A DNA stretch of 64,000 nt from a virus: positions 1-64,000 of IMG/VR virus record IMGVR_UViG_3300037485_001872; one strand, written 5' to 3'. Every line of letters begins with the position of its first letter. The first letter of the stretch is position 1. A program made the position numbers and the translations under genes. The notes beneath the pieces were generated by a model. The model ran no database searches. It saw only the letters and a program-made list of their open reading frames with translations, and was not told the DNA's origin. This document shows, in pieces, positions 19,177-29,048 of the stretch.

Positions 19177-21231
19177 TTAGTAATTTATACTTTCTTTTTT
19201 TCTTTTTATATTAACAAACCCTTTACTCATCATTTTGGCATCTTTTATATTTTTCTTTCGAATAGCATCATCTATATTTTTTTCTCGTGGAATTATTCTA
19301 CGCCTATCTAATTCTCTAGCCCAACCTAATGCTAAAGAAAAAGCTGTTAATCTATCATGATTTTCATCATATTTAAAATCAATAATTTCTTCTAGTAGGT
19401 CTACATCTGGTATAAAATAAACACCTAATTTAGTTATGGGGGTTCCATCATCTTCATAACCTATAACCACTTCTTCATTACAGTAATCTGCGGCTAGGGA
19501 TAATAAATATGCTTGGTTTTTTACAGATGGATATATTCCTAAATTATTAGATGGTTTCGAATTTGGATTTATTAACTTTGAAAATTCTACACCGTCTGCT
19601 AGAAGCATTTCCGCTTTATTTTTACTTTTTAAGTACTCTATAAATGCGGTATCAACATTTTCTATTAAAGTTTCTGCTCCCCACCCCTCTATCATTAACT
19701 CACAATTTCTATTAAATGCAATCATTGTTGATGGTCTAGCTGCATAAGAACATTTTATTATTTCTATTGGGGTTGAAAGATTAAATCTTCGTTGTAATAT
19801 ATATAATGTACCTACCGAATCTGTTCCTGATAAAGCTTGTTTATAGCCATCTAAACCTCCTACAAACTCACCATAAGATGGCTTTATTATTGGAGGGTCA
19901 TCAAAAAATATAACAGGTGCATTACACATTCCTCCTTTAAAAGGATATTGTGCTCTTTGTTTTTCAGAAAATTCATATCCTAAAATACCACTACCTTTAT
20001 CAAAAATATCCACATTTCTTCCAATATTACCTTCTTCTATTAACTTTTGTCTATGTAGTCTAGCATCATTTGATGGAAATGGGGAATTTACATTAGATAT
20101 GAAGCAGTCTTCAGTACATGTTGGATAATACATCTTTCGTTTATTTGTAGCATCAGCGTCTTTCTTAACTTTAATAAGTTCCTCGTGTAAAACTTTTTTA
20201 GCATTAGACCAATCTGTAGTTTGTATATTAATTTTTTTAAGTTCTTTATCTTCTACTTTTAAATAACCCGCTAAATTGTTTTCTATTTTAATAAGTCCTG
20301 ATTCTCCCGTCATTTGTGCTGGAACAAACACCCCAAATGTACTTCTCTTCCATGTTATATCTGTTATATCTGGTACTTTATTTTCAAGCCTATCCCAATC
20401 CATTGGCATAATATTATATGTTGTTGGGTCAGATAACACTGTTGCAGCATCTTTTGATAGTTCTACGTTCCCACTCGTCCCAGTTAAAATAGGAACAAGC
20501 TTCATTCCATGTATTGTCTTAAAAGCAGGAAGAGCACTTTGTAAAAATGGAATAAATCCGAACTTGCCACATTCGTCCAATACCCACCCTACTGGAGAAC
20601 CTCCCGCACCTTTTTCAGATGCTTTACCTATCCCATCAACCGCATTCTTTATTATTATTTCTGAGTATGGGATTTCTTCATTAGACTTATGCTTGACCCC
20701 TAATTTTATATGGCTATTCCAATCTTGGGTGTTTGAAGGAAGTTTAAAAGCAGGGTGCATATTAATCATTCCTATTTTTATAAGTCCTGATAATTGTTTT
20801 AAATCTGGGTCAGAACCCCCAATTACTTCTGATTTTCCATTTTCTTTAGTTGTGGCAAGGTGTGATAGTACAGAGGATATTATACTACTTTTACTATATC
20901 TTCTTGTTCCAAATAACATTAAAACTTTATCTAAATCCTCTGCTGCTTGGTAATTTTCCATAAAATACCACTCATTATCTCTAAGAGGTGGATTCATTAT
21001 TTTTTCAGTTTTATCTGGTTGTGGTATTGGAGTTTTAAAATAATTTAAATGAAAATATAACCATGGATGAATGTGTATACCTCCTATAGTTATACCATGG
21101 TTAATTTTATACCATTCTTCTTTAAAAAATTGTAATGTTGATTTTTCTTGTTCCCAATACGGAAGTTTCTTATTCCACTCAGGAATATTCTTCATATTAA
21201 TGAACATTTCATTACTACTACTTACACTCAT
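19177..21231 (-). CDS. terL: Terminase large subunit
   Basis: 684 aa; TRRYSKS Walker A variant, VLDECGK Walker B, GGLDGY and HDRLTA nuclease acidic motifs. Confidence 0.85.
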   Translation of the reverse strand: MSVSSSNEMFINMKNIPEWNKKLPYWEQEKSTLQFFKEEWYKINHGITIGGIHIHPWLYFHLNYFKTPIPQPDKTEKIMNPPLRDNEWYFMENYQAAEDLDKVLMLFGTRRYSKSSIISSVLSHLATTKENGKSEVIGGSDPDLKQLSGLIKIGMINMHPAFKLPSNTQDWNSHIKLGVKHKSNEEIPYSEIIIKNAVDGIGKASEKGAGGSPVGWVLDECGKFGFIPFLQSALPAFKTIHGMKLVPILTGTSGNVELSKDAATVLSDPTTYNIMPMDWDRLENKVPDITDITWKRSTFGVFVPAQMTGESGLIKIENNLAGYLKVEDKELKKINIQTTDWSNAKKVLHEELIKVKKDADATNKRKMYYPTCTEDCFISNVNSPFPSNDARLHRQKLIEEGNIGRNVDIFDKGSGILGYEFSEKQRAQYPFKGGMCNAPVIFFDDPPIIKPSYGEFVGGLDGYKQALSGTDSVGTLYILQRRFNLSTPIEIIKCSYAARPSTMIAFNRNCELMIEGWGAETLIENVDTAFIEYLKSKNKAEMLLADGVEFSKLINPNSKPSNNLGIYPSVKNQAYLLSLAADYCNEEVVIGYEDDGTPITKLGVYFIPDVDLLEEIIDFKYDENHDRLTAFSLALGWARELDRRRIIPREKNIDDAIRKKNIKDAKMMSKGFVNIKRKKESINY

Positions 21232-21763
21232 CTCTGTTTATGAATTCTAATATTTCTGGAAAATTTTCTTCCATCATTCTGGCCATTGGTATTGATATTA
21301 TTTTATCTGAGTGAATAGGTAGTACAACTTTTTTGATTTTTTGCTGAACATTTAACTTATTTTTCTCCTTTTTAAAAAATATTACATTCTTTAAAATATC
21401 TTCTTGAAAGTCCATCTCATCTCCTCTATTTATAGCTGCCTCAGAATCCTCTGAAACACCATAATCTTGCCACCTTTCCGTTTCAAAATAAGTATGGGCT
21501 CTCTCTATATAATTATCTAATTCCTCAACAAGAGTTGAATTAAATTTTTTTATCTCCTCATTTTTTAGATTTCCATCCGATTCTTTTATTACGTCTTGCA
21601 TTTTTGTGCAGAACCCCTTTAGAATTTTTATATGGAGAGTGTGTTCATCTTTTCTAAATTTTCTAAGAGAAATATCTGCCCAATTGACAGTTCTTAGATA
21701 GTTTGCCTCTCGTTCAAGAACCTCTCCATGTTCTTCTATAAATAATAATGCGTCTTCAATCAT
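21218..21763 (-). CDS. Helical protein upstream of terL, candidate terminase small subunit
   Basis: 181 aa overlapping the terL start; call is positional only. Confidence 0.35.
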   Translation of the reverse strand: MIEDALLFIEEHGEVLEREANYLRTVNWADISLRKFRKDEHTLHIKILKGFCTKMQDVIKESDGNLKNEEIKKFNSTLVEELDNYIERAHTYFETERWQDYGVSEDSEAAINRGDEMDFQEDILKNVIFFKKEKNKLNVQQKIKKVVLPIHSDKIISIPMARMMEENFPEILEFINRDECK

Positions 21764-21821
21764 GATGTTTTTAAACGAAAAAGTCGGAGGGTTACTCCGA
21801 CATTCCGTATGGTTAAGTGGT

Positions 21822-22151
21822 TTATTTTACTATTTCTAGCTGTGGTTTTGAAAGTTCTTCAATACTAGTTGCAACTCCTGCATCTGTGTTGTCTTGATGT
21901 ACTACAAACATTGTACCTAACATATCTGAGAGTGCCATTCCTTTTTCTGTCAGGTAAACTAAAGGTTTATTTTCATCTGAAAACATTTCCTCTGGGGTTG
22001 GCTTCATAGTCCAAAAGGTTTTTCTTTCATCATCATTTAAATGTGTAAGAAGATTTAATAAGGAGGTGAATACGGCTCCTGGCATAATTACTTTCGCATC
22101 TTCTTTATACGAGAATTTTGTGTAATCGGTTGGTGTTTCGGTTTTTTTCAT
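21822..22151 (-). CDS. Hypothetical protein
   Basis: 109-aa coupled ORF. Confidence 0.5.
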   Translation of the reverse strand: MKKTETPTDYTKFSYKEDAKVIMPGAVFTSLLNLLTHLNDDERKTFWTMKPTPEEMFSDENKPLVYLTEKGMALSDMLGTMFVVHQDNTDAGVATSIEELSKPQLEIVK

Positions 22152-22396
22152 ATACGTTCTTTTTTTAATATTGCTGTTTCTGCTAAAAATGTTGCTATTT
22201 CAATATAATCTATGGCTTGACAAATTTTATTCATTTGTTCAATTTGTACATCTGTTTCCTCATCACCTTCATTTTCTAACATTGGTGTGGCTCCTTCTAG
22301 GAGGTCTATAAACTCTGCTGCAATTTCTCTTATAGAATTTATTGTATCATTCGATGTATTGGGTTTACCAACTTTCCATTCTCCTAGATTTTTCAT
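22148..22396 (-). CDS. Hypothetical protein
   Basis: 82-aa coupled ORF. Confidence 0.5.
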   Translation of the reverse strand: MKNLGEWKVGKPNTSNDTINSIREIAAEFIDLLEGATPMLENEGDEETDVQIEQMNKICQAIDYIEIATFLAETAILKKERI

Positions 22397-22848
22397 ACTA
22401 ATAAGCTTTTAATATAGTTATCAATGAAAGGAGCTTCCTTTAAAGAAAGAGATTTTTCCTTCATTATCTTTAATAAATCAGGCCGTCTTGATTGTACTTC
22501 TCCTTTATCTATTACAAAGATGTTTTCAGAGTTTTTTGTATATCCCTCTACAATTTTAAGTTCTTCCTCAGAAAGTTCTAATTCCACACCTAAAATAACA
22601 GATGTTAAATAACATTCAGCCACTCTATGCATTAATTTATTTAAATCAGCAATTAGTAAGCTTTGATATTGCACTAATGCAAAGTGTTCTGTACATAGAT
22701 TTTTTTGAATATTTACATCTGATGCATCTTGTACACTTTTTTCTATTCCTTTTATTTCTTCCACTAACTTTTTTACAGTGGCATTAATTTTTTCAATCCC
22801 ATCAATATGGGAGGCCAATCTTTCTTTTACTTTATTTGTCATCATCAA
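22393..22848 (-). CDS. Hypothetical coiled-coil protein
   Basis: 151-aa coupled ORF. Confidence 0.5.
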   Translation of the reverse strand: MMMTNKVKERLASHIDGIEKINATVKKLVEEIKGIEKSVQDASDVNIQKNLCTEHFALVQYQSLLIADLNKLMHRVAECYLTSVILGVELELSEEELKIVEGYTKNSENIFVIDKGEVQSRRPDLLKIMKEKSLSLKEAPFIDNYIKSLLV

Positions 22849-23059
22849 TTTCGTTTATTCTTTTTTCAAATTTAATTGTTCTTTCAATAGCTGCCATAAA
22901 GTCTGTATCTTTAATATGCATAAGCCATGCTGAGTGTGTATCATCTGGTTTAATTTTAGAATCTCGTAGAACAGAATATATTAATTCTCCAAAACTAAAA
23001 TTAGGAACAGTGGTGTGTAATTCGGTTAATTTATCTATTAAAAGTAATTGTATCCTCAT
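22832..23059 (-). CDS. Hypothetical protein
   Basis: 75-aa coupled ORF with P...FGEL motif. Confidence 0.45.
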   Translation of the reverse strand: MRIQLLLIDKLTELHTTVPNFSFGELIYSVLRDSKIKPDDTHSAWLMHIKDTDFMAAIERTIKFEKRINEIDDDK

Positions 23060-23060
23060 T

Positions 23061-23738
23061 TTATTTTGTTTTTAATCCTTTAACTTTAATTTCAATTGAT
23101 TCAAAATTTGCAGCGGATGGTGTTTTTTTATATGTTATGTGTACCCTCTTTCCCCACACACCTAATGATAATTTAGAGGTATCTACACCTATAGTAAGCT
23201 CTGTTTGAGTAGGTGATAACACTCTAAAAGTTGGTGTTGTACATCCACAATTTGCTGTAGCTGTTTTTATTATTCCAGTACCTTCTAGAATAAGCTTAAC
23301 AGTCATATTTGTTGTATTATTCATCAACCCATAGTCTACGACATAATGACTTCCATCGGATGATAGATTTATATTAACTTTACTTGGACTTAAATTTATA
23401 ATATTAAAATCTTCTGAATTTGTAGTGTGAACTAATAGTCTTGGCCATTTTGGAACCAATGCTTTTTCTTCTAGACCACATGCTTCTTCTTTTTGTCCTG
23501 CCTTACGTCTTATGAAACAACCACATGCATTACACTGAGGTTCATTTACATCCACTATATTAACAGCATTTGCTAAAAAGTTTATTACATTATTCTTTAT
23601 CCCTTCAACACCAGCATTTGCAGAATTATACTCACATCCAGCACAAATCTTCAACCGTGCTTCATACCAATCCTCCCCAATTGGTAGGGGACTAGAAAAA
23701 GCATCAATTATACTCTCCACTTTACTTATCTTTTTCAT
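23061..23738 (-). CDS. Zinc-finger plus DUF1573-like Ig-domain protein
   Basis: R..IC.GC...QCNACGC...C....KW N-terminal zinc motif; NCGCTTP motif typical of DUF1573. Confidence 0.6.
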   Translation of the reverse strand: MKKISKVESIIDAFSSPLPIGEDWYEARLKICAGCEYNSANAGVEGIKNNVINFLANAVNIVDVNEPQCNACGCFIRRKAGQKEEACGLEEKALVPKWPRLLVHTTNSEDFNIINLSPSKVNINLSSDGSHYVVDYGLMNNTTNMTVKLILEGTGIIKTATANCGCTTPTFRVLSPTQTELTIGVDTSKLSLGVWGKRVHITYKKTPSAANFESIEIKVKGLKTK

Positions 23739-24172
23739 CTTTCGTTTTGTATTTTTTCTATATCTTTAAAATTCATTCTACAAGTCCACATTTTCATCAT
23801 CATTTGTGGTCTTTTAAAATTTACAAGTTTTGTTTTGAACTTTATGGTTCCGTCTTTTATTTGTTCTTTAGCATGTTGAAAAATAATTGAGTGAAGATGT
23901 TCAAGCTTCTCAAGTTTTTTTCTAGCCTCTTCAGAAACTGATGTTCCATTTTTATCTCGGCTCTCTATTTTATATTTTACTAAGTTTCTATAATAGGCTG
24001 CGAAATATAAATTTCCAATAAATGGTAGATGTATATTTACATGATTTGTTTTAATTAAATAATGTAAAAAATCTATGCTTGATGCTAATACCTCTTCTAC
24101 ATCAGATTTTTTATATCCGTGTTTTTTTACAACATTTTCAATTAATTCGTCTTTTAATAATATACTACCCAT
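23735..24172 (-). CDS. IHF/HU-like DNA-binding protein
   Basis: KDELIENVVKKHGYKKSDVEEVL...IHLPFIGNL matches the HU/IHF N-terminal pattern; an IHF-like gene is conserved in crAss-like phages. Confidence 0.6.
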   Translation of the reverse strand: MGSILLKDELIENVVKKHGYKKSDVEEVLASSIDFLHYLIKTNHVNIHLPFIGNLYFAAYYRNLVKYKIESRDKNGTSVSEEARKKLEKLEHLHSIIFQHAKEQIKDGTIKFKTKLVNFKRPQMMMKMWTCRMNFKDIEKIQNER

Positions 24173-24551
24173 TTATAAATTTAATACCGAATTTTGGTTC
24201 TGAGTCCTTTTCGGATTCAATATAATTTTTTAAAGCTTCTACAGTGGCTGCTAATGCTTTTTCATTATTTCTAAAACCTGATTTAACTAAATATCCTTTT
24301 TTAGTAAGTTCAGCATTAATTTGATTTAGGTTTGTTCTTTTTAATTCTGGATTACTTTGTAGAATAAAGTTTTTAGTATCCTCAGAATATCCTTTGATTA
24401 TGTAGTAAGTCAAAACATCTACCAATTTAGGACGAAGATAGTTTTTACCTTTTTTTAAATTATGACACATTGTATAAAATGTCAAGAACTTTCTTAACAA
24501 ATCATATTCACTATAGAATGGTAATTCAAAGGTATAAAGTTTTTTACTCAT
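24165..24551 (-). CDS. Winged-helix-like DNA-binding protein
   Basis: LKRTNLNQINAELTKKGYLVK resembles a MarR-type recognition helix and wing; first gene of the leftward operon. Confidence 0.45.
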   Translation of the reverse strand: MSKKLYTFELPFYSEYDLLRKFLTFYTMCHNLKKGKNYLRPKLVDVLTYYIIKGYSEDTKNFILQSNPELKRTNLNQINAELTKKGYLVKSGFRNNEKALAATVEALKNYIESEKDSEPKFGIKFING

Positions 24552-24726
24552 AATTTTATTAAAACATAGAAGGTTAAAAAGCTAATTTGTGTAATACACA
24601 TTGCTATAAAATTATAAGTGTTACCAAATATCCACTCATCACTCTTCAATCTAAAAAATTGAGTTAGAGTATAGATAAGACCTATAAAAGGAATATGTGG
24701 TATAAGGTATCTAAATTTCAACACCA

Positions 24727-24734
24727 CAAAGATA
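24727..24734 (-). promoter_or_regulatory. -7 promoter element for the leftward operon
   Basis: CAAAGATA, i.e. TATCTTTG on the minus strand. Confidence 0.55.
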
Positions 24735-24859
24735 CAAAATTAAATTTGAAAGATTTAATCAAGTTTTAATCAAAATCTTTTCGGGCATAGGGGGTAGCTT
24801 CTTATCTAAGAATAATACTCTACAATATACTAAGAGAATATTAATTGTAAGAGTAATTG

Positions 24860-25220
24860 GTTAGAACTTATTGCTCCTTCAACGCAAGAACCCCATGTCA
24901 GAAAATGGTAGTTTTCTGCTGTGGGTTCCGTACATGTGACCAATTTATTTTATTAAATTTCCACCTTCCGCAAAGAGCCTATCTAACTCAGCACCTATCG
25001 AGTAATGTAGACGTTTAGCCGCCATATCCGCAGGTATTACTCAAACCCACCCTGCTACAGTCTTGGACTTCTGGTACTGTAATGTTTCGTTTAATCCCCA
25101 GGTACGTTTTTATTCACCCCGAATTAAATATAAATAAAAAACCCACAACAGGTAGAGCTGCTGCGGGCTTAATATGGTCTAAGGTAGACACAATCTTGCT
25201 ACACCTCTACGTGCATTTGT
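24860..25220 (-). ncRNA. Putative attenuator plus ~250-nt structured RNA (locus A)
   Basis: No long ORF; terminator 25142-25167 whose loop CTCTAC complements upstream GTAGAG; stems CGTAC/GTACG, TACAGT/ACTGTA, GAGTAAT/ATTACTC, GAACCC/GGGTTC, CAGAAAA/TTTTCTG. Confidence 0.45.
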
Positions 25221-25229
25221 TTTAATTTG

Positions 25230-25304
25230 TTGCGGTTACAGGCTACGACCCTGCTGTTTCTGGGATATGAACCCAGTGTGTAATCCATTTTTCACTCAAC
25301 CGCC
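25230..25304 (-). tRNA. tRNA-Met(CAT), initiator-like, degenerate
   Basis: GGCGGTT/AACCGCA acceptor with 1:72 mismatch; CTGGG-TTCATAT-CCCAG anticodon arm; GCAGG-GTCGTAG-CCTGT T arm; promoter TACCTTTG at 25308-25315 directly upstream. Confidence 0.7.
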
Positions 25305-25436
25305 CTACAAAGGTAGGCAATTAATTTTAAAAAAACAAGAGAATAATATTATATTTTATTTTGTGTGAATATGATGAAATATTATTTATTTTGTACTATC
25401 ACTTTTATGTCCTATATTTGCATTATTAAAACTAAT

Positions 25437-26114
25437 ATGAAATTAATAGGAGTATATATGATAACATCACCTACTGGGAGACGTTATATTGGAAGTTCTA
25501 TTAATATTGATAATAGATGGAAACAGTATATTAAGGGGTATTGTGATGGGCAACATAAACTTAAAAATTCATTTTTAAAATATGGTAGTGAAGCACATAC
25601 TTTTGAAATAATAGCTATAACTACTCCAGGAGAAAGATTAAAGTGGGAACATATTTTAGGAATGTATTATGATGTTTTAGGAGAGAAAGGAATGAATTGT
25701 ATTTTACCAGGATATGATGATATACCTGCTATATACAGTGATGAAACAAGAGAAAAAATAGCTAAAATTCATATTGGAGCTAAACGTTCTGAAGAATCAA
25801 AAAAGAGAATGTCAATTGCCCAAATGGGTAAGAAAATGGCTCCAGAATCTATTGCAAAAACAGTAGCTGCAAATAAAGGTAGAAAATATACTCCTGAGCA
25901 AATAATAAATTATTGTAAGGGGCAGGCAAATAGAAATGAGGATTGGTTAAGAAAAATAGGAGAATCTAAACAAAAATTAGTATTAGATACTTACACTGGT
26001 ATTTTTTATAATTCTGCAAAAGAAGCTTGTTTAGTAACAAACTATAAATATGAATATTTTTGTAGTATGTTAATAGGTAAAAAAAGAAATAGAACAACTT
26101 TACAATATGTTTAA
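25437..26114 (+). CDS. GIY-YIG homing endonuclease with NUMOD3 repeats
   Basis: GVYMITSPTGRRYIGSS; paralog of 18532-19173; start reassigned to ATG 25437 downstream of TATATTTG 25413. Confidence 0.9.
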   Translation: MKLIGVYMITSPTGRRYIGSSINIDNRWKQYIKGYCDGQHKLKNSFLKYGSEAHTFEIIAITTPGERLKWEHILGMYYDVLGEKGMNCILPGYDDIPAIYSDETREKIAKIHIGAKRSEESKKRMSIAQMGKKMAPESIAKTVAANKGRKYTPEQIINYCKGQANRNEDWLRKIGESKQKLVLDTYTGIFYNSAKEACLVTNYKYEYFCSMLIGKKRNRTTLQYV

Positions 26115-26134
26115 TTAAATAAAACCATAAAATT

Positions 26135-26377
26135 ATGATACATTATGAAAGGGATATAGAGGTTAACAGTTTTGAAGATTATCTAGATTGTTGGGATTTT
26201 TTAAGTATGGATTTAATCACAGATAAATTCTGGAATGAAAACTATGAGTTCATAAAATCTATGACTTTTGATTTATATCAAGTAGAAAAGAATCTAGGAG
26301 AGATAAACCTAAAACTATCAGCAAAAAGATTGGAAATAATTTTTTCCAACTTATTTAAATACGGAATAATTTCATAA
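26135..26377 (+). CDS. Hypothetical protein
   Basis: 80-aa ORF. Confidence 0.5.
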   Translation: MIHYERDIEVNSFEDYLDCWDFLSMDLITDKFWNENYEFIKSMTFDLYQVEKNLGEINLKLSAKRLEIIFSNLFKYGIIS

Positions 26378-26414
26378 ATATAATAATTTTAGAATATACT
26401 TAAAATTTAAAAAA

Positions 26415-26620
26415 GTGAATAGATTGAAGGCATATAAGTTTAGACTTTATCCAAATAAGCAGCAAGAGATTTTATTGCCAGTAAAAACATTTTAAAAGAA
26501 GGTCGTAGGAGTTTAGGCGACTTAACAGACACAGAGACAGAGGTTACAAAGTCTATGAAGTGTTTAAAATTAAGTAACAATAATTGTTATTTAAATTATA
26601 ACTATGGAATTATCAGTTAA
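26415..26620 (+). pseudogene. tnpB: Internally deleted IS605/IS607-family tnpB remnant
   Basis: GTG-NRLKAYKFRLYPNKQQEILL (TnpB N-terminus) joined out of frame to ASKNILKEGRRSLG... (TnpB C-terminal NA.KNI motif). Confidence 0.75.
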
Positions 26621-26646
26621 TTATATTTATGTTTTAAATTTTAAAT

Positions 26647-26678
26647 AAGACCACATCTTTACCGAGTGGTCTTTTTTT
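26647..26678 (+). terminator. Intrinsic terminator
   Basis: AAGACCAC...GTGGTCTT followed by a T-tract. Confidence 0.7.
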
Positions 26679-26684
26679 ATCCCC

Positions 26685-26987
26685 ATGTTACTATCAGAAA
26701 TTGAAGACAAGTTATATATACACCAACAAACAATGTTGGATACACCAGAACCCAGGGAAATACTTGAGGCTTTAATAACTGTATTTGAAAAAAATGGAAA
26801 ATTTTACCTAGTGGAGGGTTATCCACAAATGAGACTTTATCAAAATGGTGTTTTAGCTGATGTAATATGTGAGTCTAAACTCCTTTTTAGATTTAAAAGA
26901 GTGGAATATGTTCCCCTTCATAAAATACCACACCACGTAAGTGATAACCTATGCCAAAGAAAACAGTCAAACGAAGAACAAATATAG
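26685..26987 (+). CDS. Hypothetical protein
   Basis: 100-aa ORF. Confidence 0.45.
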   Translation: MLLSEIEDKLYIHQQTMLDTPEPREILEALITVFEKNGKFYLVEGYPQMRLYQNGVLADVICESKLLFRFKRVEYVPLHKIPHHVSDNLCQRKQSNEEQI

Positions 26988-27388
26988 AACGCCCTTTTAA
27001 TATGGGTGAATGGACATCTGCAATGATGTTTGGGACAATCAGGTCAGCCTTGAGAAAAGCGTTTCAATATAACTGGAATCCAGCAAAAAAGGCTTTAGAA
27101 AATGCTAGAAGACAAAGTCAATCTAAAACAAATTTAAGACTAAAATATGAATATAAATGTGCTTGTTGTGGTAAATATTTTGAAAGAAAATTAGTAAATT
27201 TAGACCACAAGTTAGAGTGTGGAAGTTTAAAAACATGGGATGATGTAGCCCCATTCCTACAAAACCTTCTTCCTGAAGATGAAAATGCTTACCAAGTTTT
27301 ATGTATAGGAACAAAAGAGAAACCAGGGTGTCATCTAATTAAAACTAAAGAGTATATGGATAATAAGAGAAAAAATGAAAAACTATAA
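26951..27388 (+). CDS. HNH-family nuclease
   Basis: RSALR...YKCACCG...VNLDH...QVLC...CH..KT. Confidence 0.7.
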   Translation: MPKKTVKRRTNIERPFNMGEWTSAMMFGTIRSALRKAFQYNWNPAKKALENARRQSQSKTNLRLKYEYKCACCGKYFERKLVNLDHKLECGSLKTWDDVAPFLQNLLPEDENAYQVLCIGTKEKPGCHLIKTKEYMDNKRKNEKL

Positions 27389-27534
27389 TTTTAAATATTT
27401 TGTATATTCCCATATAAGATTAGATATAATCTGTATTCCGTATTATTTAAAACATAATAAATCTTGTAATGGTTATTTTTTAAAAAGATTATAATAAATT
27501 TTGTTTTCTCATTTTTTATTCGTATATTTGCATC

Positions 27535-28224
27535 ATGAATTACAATAATTTTAATATCAAAGCAAGTTCGGGAACGTTTTATCAAACTTCTCCCACTCCT
27601 CAAGAAGGATTCGTAGCCAATTCCTATACAGATAGGCAAACCAAAGAAGAAAAAACAAACTACCATCGAGAGGTGGAAAGTTTGCACGGGAAATTACATT
27701 CTATTAAACTTAAAGATGGAAAGTATGGAGAACAACTATGCATCTCCTTAACCCAATCTAATGGTGACGCAAACGTTTTACAGCTTAAAGTTTTTAACAC
27801 TGGTACAAGTGTAAATGATTATATTAAATCTTTTGTTCAAGTAATGGAGAATTTAGTATTAGGTGCTGAAACAGAAATTACTTTAAATCGCACTAGTAAG
27901 GACAAGAAAGACAAGCTTTATGCAAATGTTTTTATTTCTCAAGACGGTGAAAAAATACAATGGGCGTTTAAAACAGTGGGAGAGGATAGTCCAGTTCCAA
28001 AAGCTAAAAAAGTAATTAACAAAGTTAAGAAAACAGAATCATGGGATTTTGATGATGTTAATGAATTTTATTATGATAAGCTTAAAAAACTTTCTAATAA
28101 TGTAGCTGCTCCACAATCACCACCTCCTGACCAACAGTCTACACCAACAGCAGAAGCCCCTGAAGAAAATGCACAGGATGATACCCAACTATCACAAGAC
28201 GAAACACAAGATTTACCATTTTAA
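27535..28224 (+). CDS. Single-stranded DNA-binding protein-like, leaderless
   Basis: Beta-rich core, Pro/acidic tail ending DLPF; TATATTTG-CATC-ATG start. Confidence 0.6.
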   Translation: MNYNNFNIKASSGTFYQTSPTPQEGFVANSYTDRQTKEEKTNYHREVESLHGKLHSIKLKDGKYGEQLCISLTQSNGDANVLQLKVFNTGTSVNDYIKSFVQVMENLVLGAETEITLNRTSKDKKDKLYANVFISQDGEKIQWAFKTVGEDSPVPKAKKVINKVKKTESWDFDDVNEFYYDKLKKLSNNVAAPQSPPPDQQSTPTAEAPEENAQDDTQLSQDETQDLPF

Positions 28225-28773
28225 ATGAGTAATTTAAATATAAAAGAGGTTTCAAAAATATGTTTCAAGTGTAACATTGAGAAGCCTCTTTTTGATTTTT
28301 ATAAACACTCTAAGATGTCTGATGGGCATGTAAACAAATGTAAAGACTGTAATAAAAAAGATGTTTCAGAAAATTATGAGAGAAATGTTACAGAAACCCC
28401 AGGGTTTATAGATAAGGAACGAAAGAGAGGGAGAGATAAATTTCATAGATTATATACAGGTATGGGTAAATCAAATCCAACCTCTACAAATAATCATAAG
28501 GAAAAGTATCCTGAAAAAAGAAAAGCCATATCTATGTCTACAAGTTTACCTAAGCCATTTGATAATGCTGAAAGACATCATTGGAGTTATAATGAATCGC
28601 ATTATAAAGACGTAATTTGGCTTACAAAAAAAGAACACATGAAGGCTCATAGGTTTATAATTTATGACCAATTATTTTTTAAATATAGACGAATAGATAC
28701 TGGTCATCTTCTTTTAACTAAAGAGGAACATGAAAAATATATTAAACATTGCATTATTAATAACGAAGATTAA
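28225..28773 (+). CDS. Zinc-ribbon/HNH-like endonuclease
   Basis: CFKCNIEKPL.DFY....DG...CKDC; RHHWSY...WL...H...H. Confidence 0.6.
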   Translation: MSNLNIKEVSKICFKCNIEKPLFDFYKHSKMSDGHVNKCKDCNKKDVSENYERNVTETPGFIDKERKRGRDKFHRLYTGMGKSNPTSTNNHKEKYPEKRKAISMSTSLPKPFDNAERHHWSYNESHYKDVIWLTKKEHMKAHRFIIYDQLFFKYRRIDTGHLLLTKEEHEKYIKHCIINNED

Positions 28774-29048
28774 TGAAAAATAAAAAAGCATTAAACCTAC
28801 ATAAAATGTGGGTGGCATATATAATGTCTGAGGTAAAAGAAGTTACATTTATTTCTTTTTTGAAAAGAAAAGACCCTGATGATGACTTTAAGCTTAAAGA
28901 TTATATCTCTGTTAAACTTAAAAACAGCTCTGGTGGAAGAGATGTAATAGATTTTGAGGTGAAGTGTCCAATTGATAAAGTTGGTGGAAAGGAGTATGAA
29001 TATCTATTGCATAATCTAAAGAATAGAGAGTATGAGAGCGTTGTATGA
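28773..29048 (+). CDS. Hypothetical protein
   Basis: 91-aa coupled ORF. Confidence 0.45.
   Translation: MKNKKALNLHKMWVAYIMSEVKEVTFISFLKRKDPDDDFKLKDYISVKLKNSSGGRDVIDFEVKCPIDKVGGKEYEYLLHNLKNREYESVV

Noticed and set aside
315-23075. Plus-strand ORFs opposite the structural genes (e.g. 315, 556, 11941, 20276)
   Set aside because: Antisense shadows of long minus-strand genes with no recognisable motifs.
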